NCBI RefSeq assembly: GCF_000143415.4 | Contig: NW_003314272.1 | Coordinates: forward strand, 1,558,374 to 1,622,373 | Reading direction: 5' to 3' | DNA: 64,000 nucleotides | Source of the DNA: Selaginella moellendorffii | Taxonomy: Eukaryota; Plantae; Lycopodiophyta | Shown here: in pieces, positions 15,480-28,849 of the stretch | Layout of the letters: every line of letters begins with the position of its first letter | Numbering within the stretch: position 1 is the first letter of the stretch | Translations under genes and position numbers: made by a program | Notes under the pieces: generated by a model | Told to the model about the DNA's origin: nothing | What the model saw: the letters and a program-made list of their open reading frames with translations, nothing else | Database searches by the model: none

Positions 15480-15965
15480 CTCATCACCACAGAAATTTGC
15501 ACACAATATCTTTGCTCAATGTTTTGATGTCAACAAGACAACTGAAAATAAAGGCGAGCTTAAGACAGGTGGTCCGCATGCCTGTGGATTGTGCGGCTCT
15601 CCAGTTGTTAAAGCATCCGGCGGTGTTGCTTCAGCTGTAGAGCATGAGGATATTCCCGTAGGAGAGGGCGTAGTTTGGATCGTTCTGCAGCGTGAAGCTG
15701 GCCGCAGAAGTTGTGGAGGATCAGTTCCTGCTGCTGTCGCAGCTGCGCGGATCGATGGTGATCACATTCCGGCTGGTGAAGTTGAGGACTTCGTAGCGAA
15801 TGCAGCGGCAGCCTGAGCGTCATGTTGTGCTCGCAGTGGAGCCGGCTGAGCTGCATGCATCGTGATCCGTGAGCTGCTGCTGCCGAATTGCAATGTAGAA
15901 TGGATACTCAACTGTGAGGTTGCCGCATTTGTGATTCGGGCAAGAGTCTACCAGTGGGACTAGAA
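15480..15965 (-). pseudogene. Wall-associated kinase galacturonan-binding (GUB_WAK-like) ectodomain fragment
   Basis: VDSCPNHKCGNLTVEYPFY...YEVLNFTSRNVITIDP..CD..FTLQNDPNYALSYGNILMLY, with in-frame stops. Confidence 0.6.
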
Positions 15966-16091
15966 TGCGTTTGGCATATTTTCATGCTATCTATCCAATG
16001 CTCACACTTGAACACTTACTGGTGAAGACTTATTATTATCTCAATCTCTATTGAGATTGGATCTGCAAGGATAGGGGGCAGCATGCGCATT

Positions 16092-16714
16092 TTACTCAAC
16101 CTTCATGGAGATTGAGCCACATGAGTATGGCATGATGTAGAGAGTAGCAGTGATCTTCAACAAAAGACTTGGAGGAGAATAAATCACTTCTTGCACAAAC
16201 CTGCCGACGATTGTGTCCTCCCCAAAAATACCACCGTTCACTGGAAACACGTTCTTTTCTTTCTGAATATTAATAACACCTTTGGAGTTGAAGGTGAATA
16301 GCTCTGGTCCATCCTTCAGCTCGATGGTGAAAGTATCAGTGATAAAGTCACGAGTACTCCCAGATTCATAAACCACCCTTGAAACCACGCCTTCTATAAC
16401 TCCAATCTGATATGAGTCGTAGGCAGTACCAGTGGTGAGCTTGCAGCTGAATGCATAAGTTTTTCCATCCTTTGAGATGCTCGTTCTGCATGATCTTTCC
16501 CCTTCCAGAATGATCTGCCCATAGAAGTTCAAAGTCAGGGGTTTTGAATTCCTGCAAGCATCAAAACCAGGAGTTGTTCGAGCATGCCCAAGAGTTGCCT
16601 GTTCAACAGAAGTTAAAAGATGAGAGATTGGACACATATGTGACAAATAACACCTACCAATGTAGCCAGTCCAAAAAAGAAGAAGAATAAGGAAACATAG
16701 AACTTACAAGCCAT
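16092..16714 (-). CDS. Secreted dirigent-like protein, 2 exons
   Basis: Exon 1 (16714-16658) is a signal peptide, MACKFYVSLFFFFFGLATL, followed by a phase-0 intron. Exon 2 (16598-16092) has dirigent-like motifs LTLNFYGQII.EG, KLTTGTAYDS..IGVIEG and FPVNGG. Confidence 0.7.
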
Positions 16715-16747
16715 TTTGTGAATGAGCCCCGTAGCTACCCTCACTCC

Positions 16748-16754
16748 TTAAATA
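16748..16754 (-). promoter_or_regulatory. Candidate TATA box (TATTTAA) of the dirigent-like gene
   Basis: TATTTAA on the minus strand ~35 nt upstream of ATG 16714. Confidence 0.35.
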
Positions 16755-16925
16755 ATGGGCAATGCATACTGTGCCGTATGTCCAGCAAATACTAAACCAG
16801 CTTAGTATTAGGCTCTAACTAATTAATTGTTTTTGGTGTGCTGGCAGAAATGAAGTTGACTATCGAATTGTTTTTATCCATCAAAACATAAAAGTTGTTT
16901 AATTGTCTTGTTGACAAAGAAAAAG

Positions 16926-19900
16926 CATCAAACTTCTTACATTAAATCATTTTTACTTTTTCTTTATTCTTCTTTTTGTTTAAGATTATTTCTTTACAAA
17001 ATGATTTAGATCACATTTTGCAGTTTCTTTCTTTTCTTGTTCTTTTTTATCTCATTTACTCAAGAGTTTTTTTATAATCAGGGCATTAAACTATCATGAG
17101 TTACAAAAACTATATGTGAACTATCTGTAATTTTTATGTAAAGTGGATACCTATCCACTTTATATAAAAACTTATAGATTTAGTGACATGTAGTATTTCT
17201 ATATTATTGCACATATGTAAACATTTACATATTCTTACATAAAATATTTAACACAAATGTCAAAGACAGCTAAAAACATTTGCATATTACTTCACATGTT
17301 ATTAATGTTATTTCACATAAAAACATTTAAATTTTACACACTATTTCACTTTTTTTAAAAAAATATTTTTATATTACACGTTTTATTTCTTACATTCCAT
17401 ATAAACATTTCACATTTTTTTTAATGCAATTTATGTAAGTGAAGTTTTCACACTAAAGAAATCGAGAAGTGGCGCATCATATTCTCAATTTGAAATTAAA
17501 AGGCCATTGCATAGAAGTATTTATTGTTTTTAGTGTTTGCTAGATATCTTACTTAAACTTGTTCATATTAATGAGCACATTTTTTGCCCACACATAATGT
17601 TGTTAAGTGTTTTGGTGGTTTTCACTTTTGTTTTCTAGAGATAGATAGGAGAATTGCTACCATTGAATGGAGCATAAAGACAATCTATAGCATTTGTATA
17701 TTTTGAATGTGCCATGGACGTACAAGTCTCATATATAATAATGTTGACAATGTAACTATAGTCCTTGACAATTTAATCACATAAAACCAGAGTACCATTA
17801 ATGAATGACAAAGAAACCACTGTTGTTCAAAAGTCACACCTCAGTACTGGGACAAAAGCTACTATAGTCAGTGAATATAATGCACATGGCTCTGAAGAAA
17901 CATCAAACATGTTGCATCAAATTACCATCACTATATTCATTTTCTCTTTATTCTTTTTTTTGTTTAAAATAAGTTCTTTATAGGATGATTTAGATCATAT
18001 TTTGCATTTTCATTTTGTTCTTTTTTATCTCATTTACTCAAGAGTTTTTTTTATAATTAGAGTATCAAACCATCATGAGTTACAAAAACTATATATGAAC
18101 TATCTATAATTTTTATATAAAGTGGATGCTTATCCACAAACTTATATATTTAGTGACATGTAGTATTTATATATTATTGCACATATGTAAACAATTACAT
18201 ATTCTCACATGAAATATTTCACACAAATGTCAAAAACAGTTAAAAACATTTATACACTACTTCATATGTTACTAATGTTATTTTACATAAAACCATTTAC
18301 ATTTTACACGTTATTTCACTTTTTTTTAAAAAAGATTTTTATATTACACATTTTATTTTTTACATCCTATATAAACATTTCACATTCTTTTTTATACAAT
18401 TTATGTAAATGAAGTTTTCACACTGAAAGAAATCGAGAGATGGCACATCATATTCTCAATTTGAAGCTAAAAGGCCTTTGCATAATAATATTTATTGTTT
18501 TTTGTGTTTGCAAGATATTTTGCTCAAATTTGTTCATAGAAACAAGCACATTTTTTGCCCACACATAATGTTGTTAAGTGTTTTGGTGGTTTTCACTTTT
18601 GCTTTCTAGAGATAGATAGGAAAATTGCTACTATTGAATGGAGCATAAAGACAATCTAAAGTATTAATATGTTTTGAATGTGTGATGGACGTACAAGTCT
18701 CATATATGATAATGTTGACAATGTAACTATAGTACTTGACAATCTAATCACATAAAACCAGAGTACCATTAATGAATGACAAAGAAACCACTGTTGTTCA
18801 AAAGTCACACCTCAGTACTGGGACGAAAACTACTATAGTCGGTGAACATAATGTACGTAGCTCTAAAGAAACATCAAACTTGTTACATCAAATTACCATC
18901 ACTATGTTCATTTTCTCTTTATTCTTCTTTTTGTTTAAAATAAGTTTTTTATAGGATGATTTAAATCATATTTTGCATTTTTTTTTCTTTGTTCTTTTTT
19001 ATCTCATTTACTCAAGAGTTTTTTATAATCAGGGCATTAAACTATCATGAGTTACAAAAACTATATATGAACTATCTGTAATTTTTATGTAAAGTGGATA
19101 CCTATCCACTTTATATAAAAACTTATAGATTTAGTGATATGTAATATTTATATATTATTGCACATATGTAAATACTTACATATTCTTACATAAAATACTT
19201 AACACAAATGTCAAAGACAGCTAAAAACATTTGCATATTACTTCACATGTTATTAATGTTATTTCACATAAAAACATTTAAATTTTACACACTATTTCAC
19301 TTTTTTTTTAAAAATATTTTTATATTACACATTTTATTTCTTACATCCCATATAAACATTTCACATTTTTTTTAATGCAATTTATTTAAGTGAAGTTTTC
19401 ACACTAAAGAAATCGAGAAGTGGCACATCATATTCTCAATTTGAAATTAAAAGGCCTTTGCATAGAAGTATTTATTGTTTTTAGTGTTTGCTAGATATCT
19501 TGCTTAAACTTGTTCATATTAATGAGCACATTTTTTGCCCACACATAATGTTGTTAAGTGTTTTGGTGGTTTTCACTTTTGTTTTCTAGAGATAGATAGG
19601 AGAATTGCTACCATTGAATGGAGCATAAAGACAATCTAAAGCATTTGTATATTTTGAATGTGCCATGGATGTACAAGTCTCATATATAATAATGTTGACA
19701 ATGTAACTATAGTCCTTGACAATTTAATCACATAAAACCAAAGTACCATTAATGAATGACAAAGAAACCACTGTTGTTCAAAAGTCACACCTCAGTACTG
19801 GGACAAAAGCTACTATAGTCAGTGAATATAATGCACATGGCTCTGAAGAAACATCAAACTTGTTGCATCAAATTACTATCACTATATTCATTTTCTCTTT

Positions 19901-22330
19901 ATTCTTTTTTTTGTTTAAAATAAGTTCTTTATAGGATGATTTAGATCACATTTTGCATTTTCATTTTGTTCTTTTTTATCTCATTTACTCAAGAGTTTTT
20001 TTTATAATCAGAGAATCAAACCATCATGAGTTACAAAAACTATATGTGAACTATCTATAATTTTTATATAAAGTGGATGCCTATCCACAAACTTATATAT
20101 TTAGTGACATGTAATATTTATATATTATTGCACATATGTAAACACTTACATATTCTCACATGAAATATTTCACACAAATATCAAAAACAGTTAAAAACAT
20201 TTGTACACTACTTCATATGTTACTAATGTTATTTCACATAAAACCATTTACATTTTACACGTTATTTCACTTTTTTTTTTTAAAGATTTTTATATTACAC
20301 ATTTTATTTTTTACATCCTATATAAAAATTTCACATTCTTTTTTATACAATTTATGTAAATGAAGTTTTCACACTGAAAAAAATCGAGAGGTGGCACATC
20401 ATATTCTCAATTTGAAGCTAAAAGGCCTTTGCATAATAATATTTATTGTTTTTTGTGTTTGCAAGATATTTTGCTCAAATTTGTTCATAGAAACAAGCAC
20501 ATTTTTTGCCCACACATAATGTTGTTAGGTGTTTTGGTGGTTTTCACTTTTGCTTTCTAGAGATAGATAGGAAAATTGCTACTATTGAATGGAGCATAAA
20601 GACAATCTAAAGTATTAATATGTTTTGAATGTGTGATGGACGTACAAGTCTCATATATGATAATGTTGACAATGTAACTATAGTACTTGACAATTTAATC
20701 ACATAAAACCAGAGTACCATTAATGAATGACAAAGAAATCGTTGTTGTTCAAAAGTCACACCTCAGTACTGGGACGAAAACTACTATAGTCGGTGAACAT
20801 AATGCACGTAGCTCTAAAGAAACATCAAACTTGTTACATCAAATTACCATCACTATGTTCATTTTCTCTTTATTCTTCTTTTTGTTTAAAAATAAGTTTT
20901 TTATAGGATGATTTAAATCACATTTTGCATTTTTTTTTCTTTGTTCTTTTTTATCTCATTTACTCAAGAGTTTTTTATAATCAGGGCATTAAACTATCAT
21001 GAGTTACAAAAACTATATGTGAACTATCTGTAATTTTTATGTAAAGTGGATGCCTATCCACTTTATATAAAAACTTATAGATTTAGTGACATGTAGTATT
21101 TCTATATTATTGCACATATGTAAATACTTACATATTCTTACATAAAATATTTAACACAAATGTCAAAGACAGCTAAAAACATTTGTATATTACTTCACAT
21201 GTTATTAATGTTATTTCACATAAAAACATTTAAATTTTACACACTATTTCACTTTTTCTTTAAAAAGATTTTTATATTACACATTTTATTTCTTACATCC
21301 CATATAAACATTTCACATTTTTTTTAATGCAATTTATGTAAGTGAAGTTTTCACACGAAAGAAATCGAGAAGTGGCGCATTATATTCTCAATTTAAAATT
21401 AAAAGGCCTTTGCATAGAAGTATTTATTGTTTTTAGTGTTTTCTGGATATCTTGCTTAAACTTGTTCATATTAATGAGCACATTTTTTGCCCACACATAA
21501 TGTTGTTAGGTGTTTTAGTAGTTTTCACTTTTGTTTTTCGAAGATGGATAGGAGAATTGTTACTATTGAATGGAGTATGAAGATAATCTAAAGCATTTGT
21601 ATGTTTTGAATGTGCCATGGACGTATAAGTCTCATATATAATAATGTTGACAATGTAACTATAGTACTTGACAATTTAATCACATAAAACTAGAGTACCA
21701 TTAATGAATGACAAAGAAATCGTTGTTGTTCAAAAGTCACACCTCAGTACTGGGACGAAAACTACTATAGTCGGTGAACATAATGCACGTAGCTCTAAAG
21801 AAACATCAAACTTGTTACATCAAATTACTATCACTATGTTCATTTTCTCTTTATTCTTCTTTTTGTTTAAAATAAGTTTTTTATAGGATGATTTAAATCA
21901 TATTTTGCATTTTTTTTTTCTTTGTTCTTTTTTATCTCATTTACTCAAGAGTTTTTTTTATAATCAGAGCATCAAACCATTATGAGTTACAAAAAATATA
22001 TGTGAACTATCTATAATTTTTATGTACAGTGGATGCCTAGTCAATTTTAAATTGATTACACATTGAATAGAAACTTATATATTTAGTAACATTTATATAT
22101 GATTTTACAAATGTAAACACATAAATATTCTGACATGAAATACTTCATACAAATTTCAAAGACAGCTGAAAACATTCGCATATTACTTTACATGTTATTC
22201 ATGTTATTTCACATAAAACATTCACCATTCACACACTATTTCACTTATATTTTTTATAAGTTAAGATTCTATTTCTTACACGTTTTATTTCTTACATCTC
22301 TCACATATTATTCACATTTTTCTTATACAA
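16926..22330. repeat. AT-rich tandem array, ~5.5 units of ~975 bp with a dimeric higher-order period of ~1951 bp
   Basis: Homologous anchors at 17801, 18772, 19752, 20723 and 21704 (spacings 971/980/971/981). Confidence 0.95.
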
Positions 22331-23491
22331 TTATTTCACACTCTAAACTTAATCATTTGTTAGAATGTATTTTTGTTCTTCCTATGATGCACTAACTACT
22401 ACCTCCTCAAGAGGCCTGGCTGTGGCCCTCAACAAACCTGGCAATGCAGACACAGTATTTGGGGTCTTCCCACCACCCTATTTGGCCCACAACTTTAAAA
22501 CATATTTCTTCGTCATCAATGAAAAGCTTTGCCTCTTTCAAACTGTTGAATCTTTTGTATTGTGCACCTTTAAAATCATTTACCTAGTCTTTGCATTCTG
22601 TCCATGTAATGTAACTCCAAGCCTTTTAGGCCCCCTCATCATTGTGTAGTACTTTCCAAACAACCACAAACAAGAAATGTAAGTTGAAGACACATGAAAC
22701 ACAAACTCAAGTAGAATCAAAATCATGTTTAACACTTTCAACAAGAACCTTCACAATGTGGAGTTGTTTATCATGCGTAAGTCAAGCACCTGGTGGTTAT
22801 TAAAGTGAACATTATTCCTAGCAATTGTTAAGCTTTCTTTGTTTCTGCAAGAGCTTTGTATGCACATGTGAGCAGAGCTACTAGTAAAAGTGAAGAAAAT
22901 AGCAGGATGATAGCAATGCTAGCGCCAATGGTGGAGCCAAAGATTGAAAAGTCACATGGCTGAAGGCGCTAATCCTAATGACAAGCAGGGGGTTAACCGG
23001 GGCCTTTCCTGAGACACATTTTCTGTGCCACTTGGAGAATATTTCTGTTTTGGCTGCTCCGTAACTGTGACAAATATCTAGCTGTTCTCGGCAGCATTGT
23101 CTACAACACCCTTCGGAAGACCATCTCCATTGGCAACGAAAAAATTCCTATACACATGTTATAGTGAATGGCATCCTAGTAAATGAAAACAAATACCTTC
23201 GGACGTTGAGATCTTGCTACATTATGTGGGCATCACCTTGATACAACAAGCGGCATGGGCGTAGCATCCGGTATTGGAAAACCTGGGACCATGTGGTCGT
23301 TTTGAATCTGGATAAGGCCCGGGAAAGGGGGTGGGATATTGTGTTGGACAGGAGATGTGCTTAATCTGTATACCAATTTCCTCTTTCAAGGGTAGTTACA
23401 AATGCCCCCCACAATTCCCACTGTTCTTTGGATTCTCAGACCCCACAGCATAACACAGGAGACAGATAATCACACGGTCAGCACCAATATT

Positions 23492-24323
23492 TCACCTGGC
23501 AGACCACCGCAGCAAATCCCCGCTGCAACCAATGCCCCAAATTCTTCCCCAACATGGTGTGTGGAATCTTATCCCCACACACGGCCAGAAATCCTCGTTG
23601 CGCATGAGGCCTTGAAGCAACATGCGCTGAAAGTGAACTGCAGCACCAACAGAATGGCCTTTTTGGGCATACGCTCCTACAAGTGAAGTCCAAGACACAA
23701 TATCCTTTTGTTGGCAAGCCATCCCTTGAAACACAGCAACTGCATTCTCCAGGCTGCCACACTTGGTGTACATGTTGATGAGGGCACTTGCGACCACCGT
23801 TGTTGTTGTTGTTGATGTTGGTTCTTCTCTGACTCCGGCTTCTTCCATGCCAGCTTCGTTCTCACGGATGAGCGACTCGATCCATTTGCTGTTTTGGAGA
23901 CAGCAGCGCTGAGCAGCGCCACAAATGTGTGGCTGTTGGGCCCCGCATCCGGAACAGTCGGAATGCCTGAACCCAATGCCCGTGCTGGGCATTTGCTGCG
24001 ATCATGGCAGCCCAAGACACCATATTCCTCTTCTGCATCCTGTCGAACACAGCGTGCGCCACCTGCACATCCCCACACCGGACGTACATGTTTACCAGGC
24101 AATTCCAGAGAGAGACGTGCTGCTCCAGATCCTTGGCGACAATGCTCCGGTGGAGGAGGTTGCCCCCATCAACGCACGACTGCAGCAGAGCCGCGTACTC
24201 CTGCACTTGCTGATGCTGCTGATGCTGCTGGAACCCTAATGCTGCTGCTGAGGAAGAAGAAGAAGCTGAAGAAGCTGAAGAAGAGAGCTCAGAATAAAGC
24301 TTCTTACCCGGTGTTTGGGCCAT
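23492..24323 (-). pseudogene. PLS-class PPR gene fragment
   Basis: NCLVNMYVRCGDVQVAHAVFDRMQKRNMVSWAAMIAANAQHG and SALINMYTKCGSLENAVAVF..DIVSWTSLVGAYAQKG lie in different frames. Confidence 0.85.
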
Positions 24324-24884
24324 ACATATCCTGCAATTTCACTTCGGAAAACTGCAAGAGTCTCCAACCGTTTTTACTCCAAGACCTTCAAGTTCTTGTC
24401 CAAGCTTGCCCCCTAGTTTTCCCCTGAACGCAAGATCCATACACATATAAACAAAAGAAAAACAAAACCAACATGAGATACATTTTACTTATAGGCAAGG
24501 TTGCGAGTAAAGATTCAACGGACTAACGTCTGTTGAGAAGGTTTGTACAACGATTTAAATCACCTTGAGTTGTTCTTGGCTTGCACTCCGGCGTCGCCCT
24601 CCAACTCCAACCAACGCATCAATCAGGACCTCCTCGCCAGTAGCTGCTGCTGCTACTACCAAAGAAATCTTAAATCTTCTCAAACGAGACAATGGCCATG
24701 GTTGATTCTTCAAAGCACAAACTCCTCCTCCATCTCTCCACAGCCTTGCTCTCTCAATCCCGCGCACACCACTTTGCGCCATAGCAGCAAGCAACTTCCT
24801 GCACAAAAGCATACAACGCAAAATACCTCCTTTTGATTGCTTTACAAACGATATCATGGTTTGTACAATATACTATCGAGTTAC

Positions 24885-25495
24885 TCATCGATATAAATAT
24901 CGTGTCTTGCTTGAACAATCCTCCCAGTACTCTTCTTTCCTCTCGAGCTTTGGGCCTTGCTCGTCTCTCTCGGAGCCTTCGTCCTCATCGCTGGCGGTGG
25001 TGGCAATCGTGACTTGGGGTCTTCGTTTTGGTAGAAGGAACTTTCTTTGCTTGCGATGGAGTCTCGGCTGATGATACTGTGGCCTTGCTCCTCTTAAACA
25101 AGTTTCCCAGACCAAACTTTGCCTTCACTTCTTCTTCCTCCTCCTGACTCTCTTCTTCTTTCTCGGCAGCCACTGTGCCTCGCTTGAAGAAACCACCCAA
25201 GCCATTCTGCGATGTCTCGCTGATGGAAGCTCCAATATCCTTCATCTTTGCCCCCAGAACTTCCAGCGACGCTGCCGCAGCCTTGGCTTTGTCTTTGGCC
25301 TTTTGAGGGTTGGCAACCGCCTGTGCTTCCTGTTTAGCCAGCTCCTTTCCCTCTTCCTCCAGCTCGTTGGCGAGAGCAGCGGCATCCTTCGCCTCTTCCA
25401 GCGCTTTGTTGGCTTCGGCCTCTGCCTGCTCCCGAAGTTGTCTCTGCCGCTCTTCGGCCTCCGCTTTGGCTCGCGCCTCCGCCAATTTAGCTCGT
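24885..25495 (-). pseudogene. Fragment of an Ala/Glu/Lys-rich coiled-coil protein of unknown family, abutting the SRS2 relic
   Basis: AKLAEARAKAEAEERQRQLREQAEAE..GLGGFFKRGTV; no own start, frameshifted; partial second copy at 35710-35950. Confidence 0.45.
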
Positions 25496-25509
25496 CTTCC
25501 ATTCTCTGG

Positions 25510-27480
25510 TATAGCACGAGATCTTAGTTTCCTGGGAAATATCATCCAAAAGATAGTCCAACACCTGGAGTCCAACACAAGTTAGACATATTTCGAAGAA
25601 GAATGTTTGCTCACAGTCCGACAATCTTCATCCTCGTTCACGAGATTCAAAAGCGCATCTCTGCATAACAGGATAAGCATCTTGTAGAGAAACTTACTCT
25701 TACCTGAGATAGCATATTCAATACAGCGGTCACTAGGCTCGACAAAGATTGTTCCTGGTTCAAAATGCAATTCATCGTAAAATCTGATTTTTACGGCCTT
25801 GGCCAAGTTGGCGCCTGAAAAAGAGAAGAGAAATGTTTTGCACGCATCTATAATGCTAAAGGCACCCGAAACTTTTGCCGTAAAAATAATCTCTGCTGCT
25901 TCAAGAAAACTACAAATTTCATTTTTTGCAACATACTTCACTGCCTGAAAATTCCCAATGTCTGTATAAGACACAAAACAGATATCATACCTTCCTTTTT
26001 TCCGTTTTATCACCACGATATAACGCCTTAAATACTCTTCTTTCAAACACGGTCCCACTTCTTCCTAAGGATGTCCACAATAAAGCAATCACGTCTTTAA
26101 CCACCTACAATATGCAATGAAAGTCAGCCAACTAGAAAAGAAAAGCGAGCATGAAACCTTCTTGCAGTAGACTGCTACTCCATGCATATTGAACGGAATC
26201 TTTCGACTACGGAAAGCAGATTGAAATATTTTGCCTGTGACCTACAAGAGAAAATGACGAAATCAAATACACACCTGTTGCCTGTAGAGTATAGCAAAGT
26301 TTGCAAACACCGGCTTGATGTCACTGGCATTTCCAGGATTTCATCGACCACAAATGTGCACTGTGCTTCTTCATTTCGGCACTCCATAACAACTGTCTGG
26401 AGAACCAAAAATATATATGTTCTGAATTCCTGATACCTTTTCTCCAAAATCGTTATCCATTCGCACAACTTTAGCACTGCAGCCTGAATCATTATGTTGA
26501 ACATCTCACTGCTTCTACAATGCAGCCAGTCGAGCGATAATTTTGTTGTGGTCTCACCTAAGCACGCAGACAACAACTCACATGACTACGTTATTTATTT
26601 CAGGTTTTCAGACCTCTTTGTAGTTTGGAACGTCATTCCGGAATGTGGAAAAACCACCATTGAAGCTGAAAACGGACTAGCAAAAGTTAAATATTAGCAG
26701 AACGTACCTGGTGATATCCGACCCAACCACAGTGACCCTCCCGTGCAGAGAAAGAAGCCGCAAAAGCTTGTACTGCATCACACTCGTATCTTGGAATTCG
26801 TCAACGAGTACATATGCCCAAGTGTTGTGACATTCCGCTAACGCTGTGTGAAAGAAGGATGTTGCAGTACACTGCACGCTTTTACCATTAGGGAACAGCT
26901 TACTTCTCCGCATGAGAGCGACAGAGTTGCAAACAAAAGGAATGAAACATCGAGATCATAAGTTCCTTGGACGCCTCCCCCACCACAGCAGCGACGCGGT
27001 CCATCATCTCCGTTGCAGCAGCTGTTGTGAAGGTCATTGTTCTTGGAGTCTACCCCCTGTGCCGAACCCTTGAGCTTTGCAACAAAAGAGGGCGAGAGAG
27101 AGAGAGGACTGCACTGCACTGCATACCTCGTTTAACAGTGTCAGAATACGTGCGACCATTGTAGAGGTCTGATAAACGAATCGAAGTAGTCAGAAAAACT
27201 AGCAATGAAGAAAAAAAAAAAAAAAGTGTGTACCTTTCCACTTCGCGGCCCCGCAACAATCAGAAGTAGCGCTGCATCCCTTCGGGACACATTGAGCTTC
27301 CGGAGATACGTTGGCATGTCTGCTGCAGAACCTCCATCGCGTCAAAGCCTATCAATCTCCTCGAAAGCGTCATCATCAAAATCGTCCAAAGAATCGGGAC
27401 CAACTCCTGCTTCCCCTCCACACACAGCAGCATTCACATCCAGATCCGGCCTCACCCCGCGCACCTTCTTCCTCTCAGAT
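25510..27480 (-). pseudogene. SRS2: SRS2-like UvrD/REP helicase pseudogene, copy 1 (introns retained, internally deleted)
   Basis: YLRKLNVSRRDAALLIVAGPRSGK (mutated Walker A) and WAYVLVDEFQDTSVMQYKLLRLL..RVTVVG; many stops and indels. Confidence 0.8.
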
Positions 27481-27607
27481 CACTCACCACACTTTTTCGG
27501 GCAAAAGCATCAATCGATACCTCTGGTCCAAATGGAGCTTTTCCTCGTAAACTTTGTCATCCTGCCCTAAAGTTTCGAATTTTGGTAGGGTTTTGGTTTC
27601 TGTGGAG

Positions 27608-28530
27608 ATGGAGAGGCTGGTAGCCCGGTGTAAGAGCAAGATAAGTGCAGCCGAGAAGAAGCTGTTTGGGCGGAGTAAGAGCAAGAAGAAGGAAGAGCTC
27701 CAGGAGCAGCTGGATGACATGCGGAGGAGACTTGAGGTAAGTAAATAGCGTGGATTGGAAATGACATCTTTGGTTAGCAACTTGAGGCTTCACACGAGGA
27801 GGATTCGCAGGAGGAGGAGGGTTTGGAGCCGTCCTCAGAGAGGAGGCCTTCATAAGCGCCTCCCTCATGGCGCTTTGAAGCTGCTGCAGTTTGTGGGCAC
27901 CTGTAGCGATAAAGGGGTCGCTCTTTTCATCGGAACTCCACCTGCGACTCTAGCGTTAAGCCCACAGCCAACGTGCATCGTCGTGGCTTACAAGGAGACC
28001 ATGGTGTGGAAGGAAGGTGGAGAAGTTACTGTGACGATCAATGGGCAGACTGTGAAAGGTGAGGTTGTTTCCCTGTTTCCCAGGAAGCCTTGGGTGGCTG
28101 CTGTTGAGCTCTTCGAACCGGTAAGCTACTGCTTCAATACCCTGATTCATCCTGATCGGGTGTTTTTCTGATTCAGTTGGGACTACCTCCTAAGGTGCCT
28201 CTTATGGTTGGTCTGCCTCGAAATGAAGAGGTGGTTTTTGTGCGGCGGGCTGGGGAAGTTGAACTCCCTGCAATCCTCAAGAAGCACTACTTACCAGATG
28301 AAGTGGCTGGCATCGTCCCTGGTGTCCAAGTGGGTGATGTTATCGTTGAATGGGATTCAGATTCAAGGAGCCTGAGGGTGAGTGGGATTGTTGTCAAGAC
28401 GGAGAAAGATGGTGCTGTGGTGGGGCTGCCCGTGGATGACGCCACGCTACACTTTCTTGAGGCGGACAAGAAGAGCTGGTACCGAACAAAATACCCAGGG
28501 CGACTCTTGGCGGTGGGGAAGTATGGGTAG
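27608..28530 (+). pseudogene. Copy 1 of the helical-header/putative trypsin-fold gene, disrupted by an ~80-bp inversion
   Basis: Same exons as 38166-39085, but 27784-27863 is inverted, giving an in-frame stop after the first intron. Confidence 0.6.
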
Positions 28531-28849
28531 TTGGAATGGTATGTGGCTGGTTTACGCTACGATAGCTACTGATAGTTAGTGACGATCTTTTGGTCAGACT
28601 GAACAACGACGGATATATATGTAAATTTTGGACTTCTAGATTAATGGAAGAGCTGCTTTTGCTAGGCTCTGCAAATTCGCCATGTGAAATTGAGGCTACG
28701 TCTCAACAATACTTTTCATCAGCTTTAATTATTCAGACTTTGAGCTTCTTTTCTATCTGTTACTTGTGGAAAGACTCTCGTATGGTTCATAATCAAGGTT
28801 GACCATAACCAGTGAAGTATGTTTTATGTTAAACTAAGTTGTATCGTCG

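Noticed and set aside
17801-21886. Repeated 60-aa ORFs (MNDKET...) as a peptide gene array, or the array as CRISPR-like
   Set aside because: Chance ORFs within AT-rich repeat units; no spacers and no coding signature.
22380-23480. Possible spliced gene remnant on the minus strand
   Set aside because: Splice-like signals are present, but there are many stops and no family I can name.
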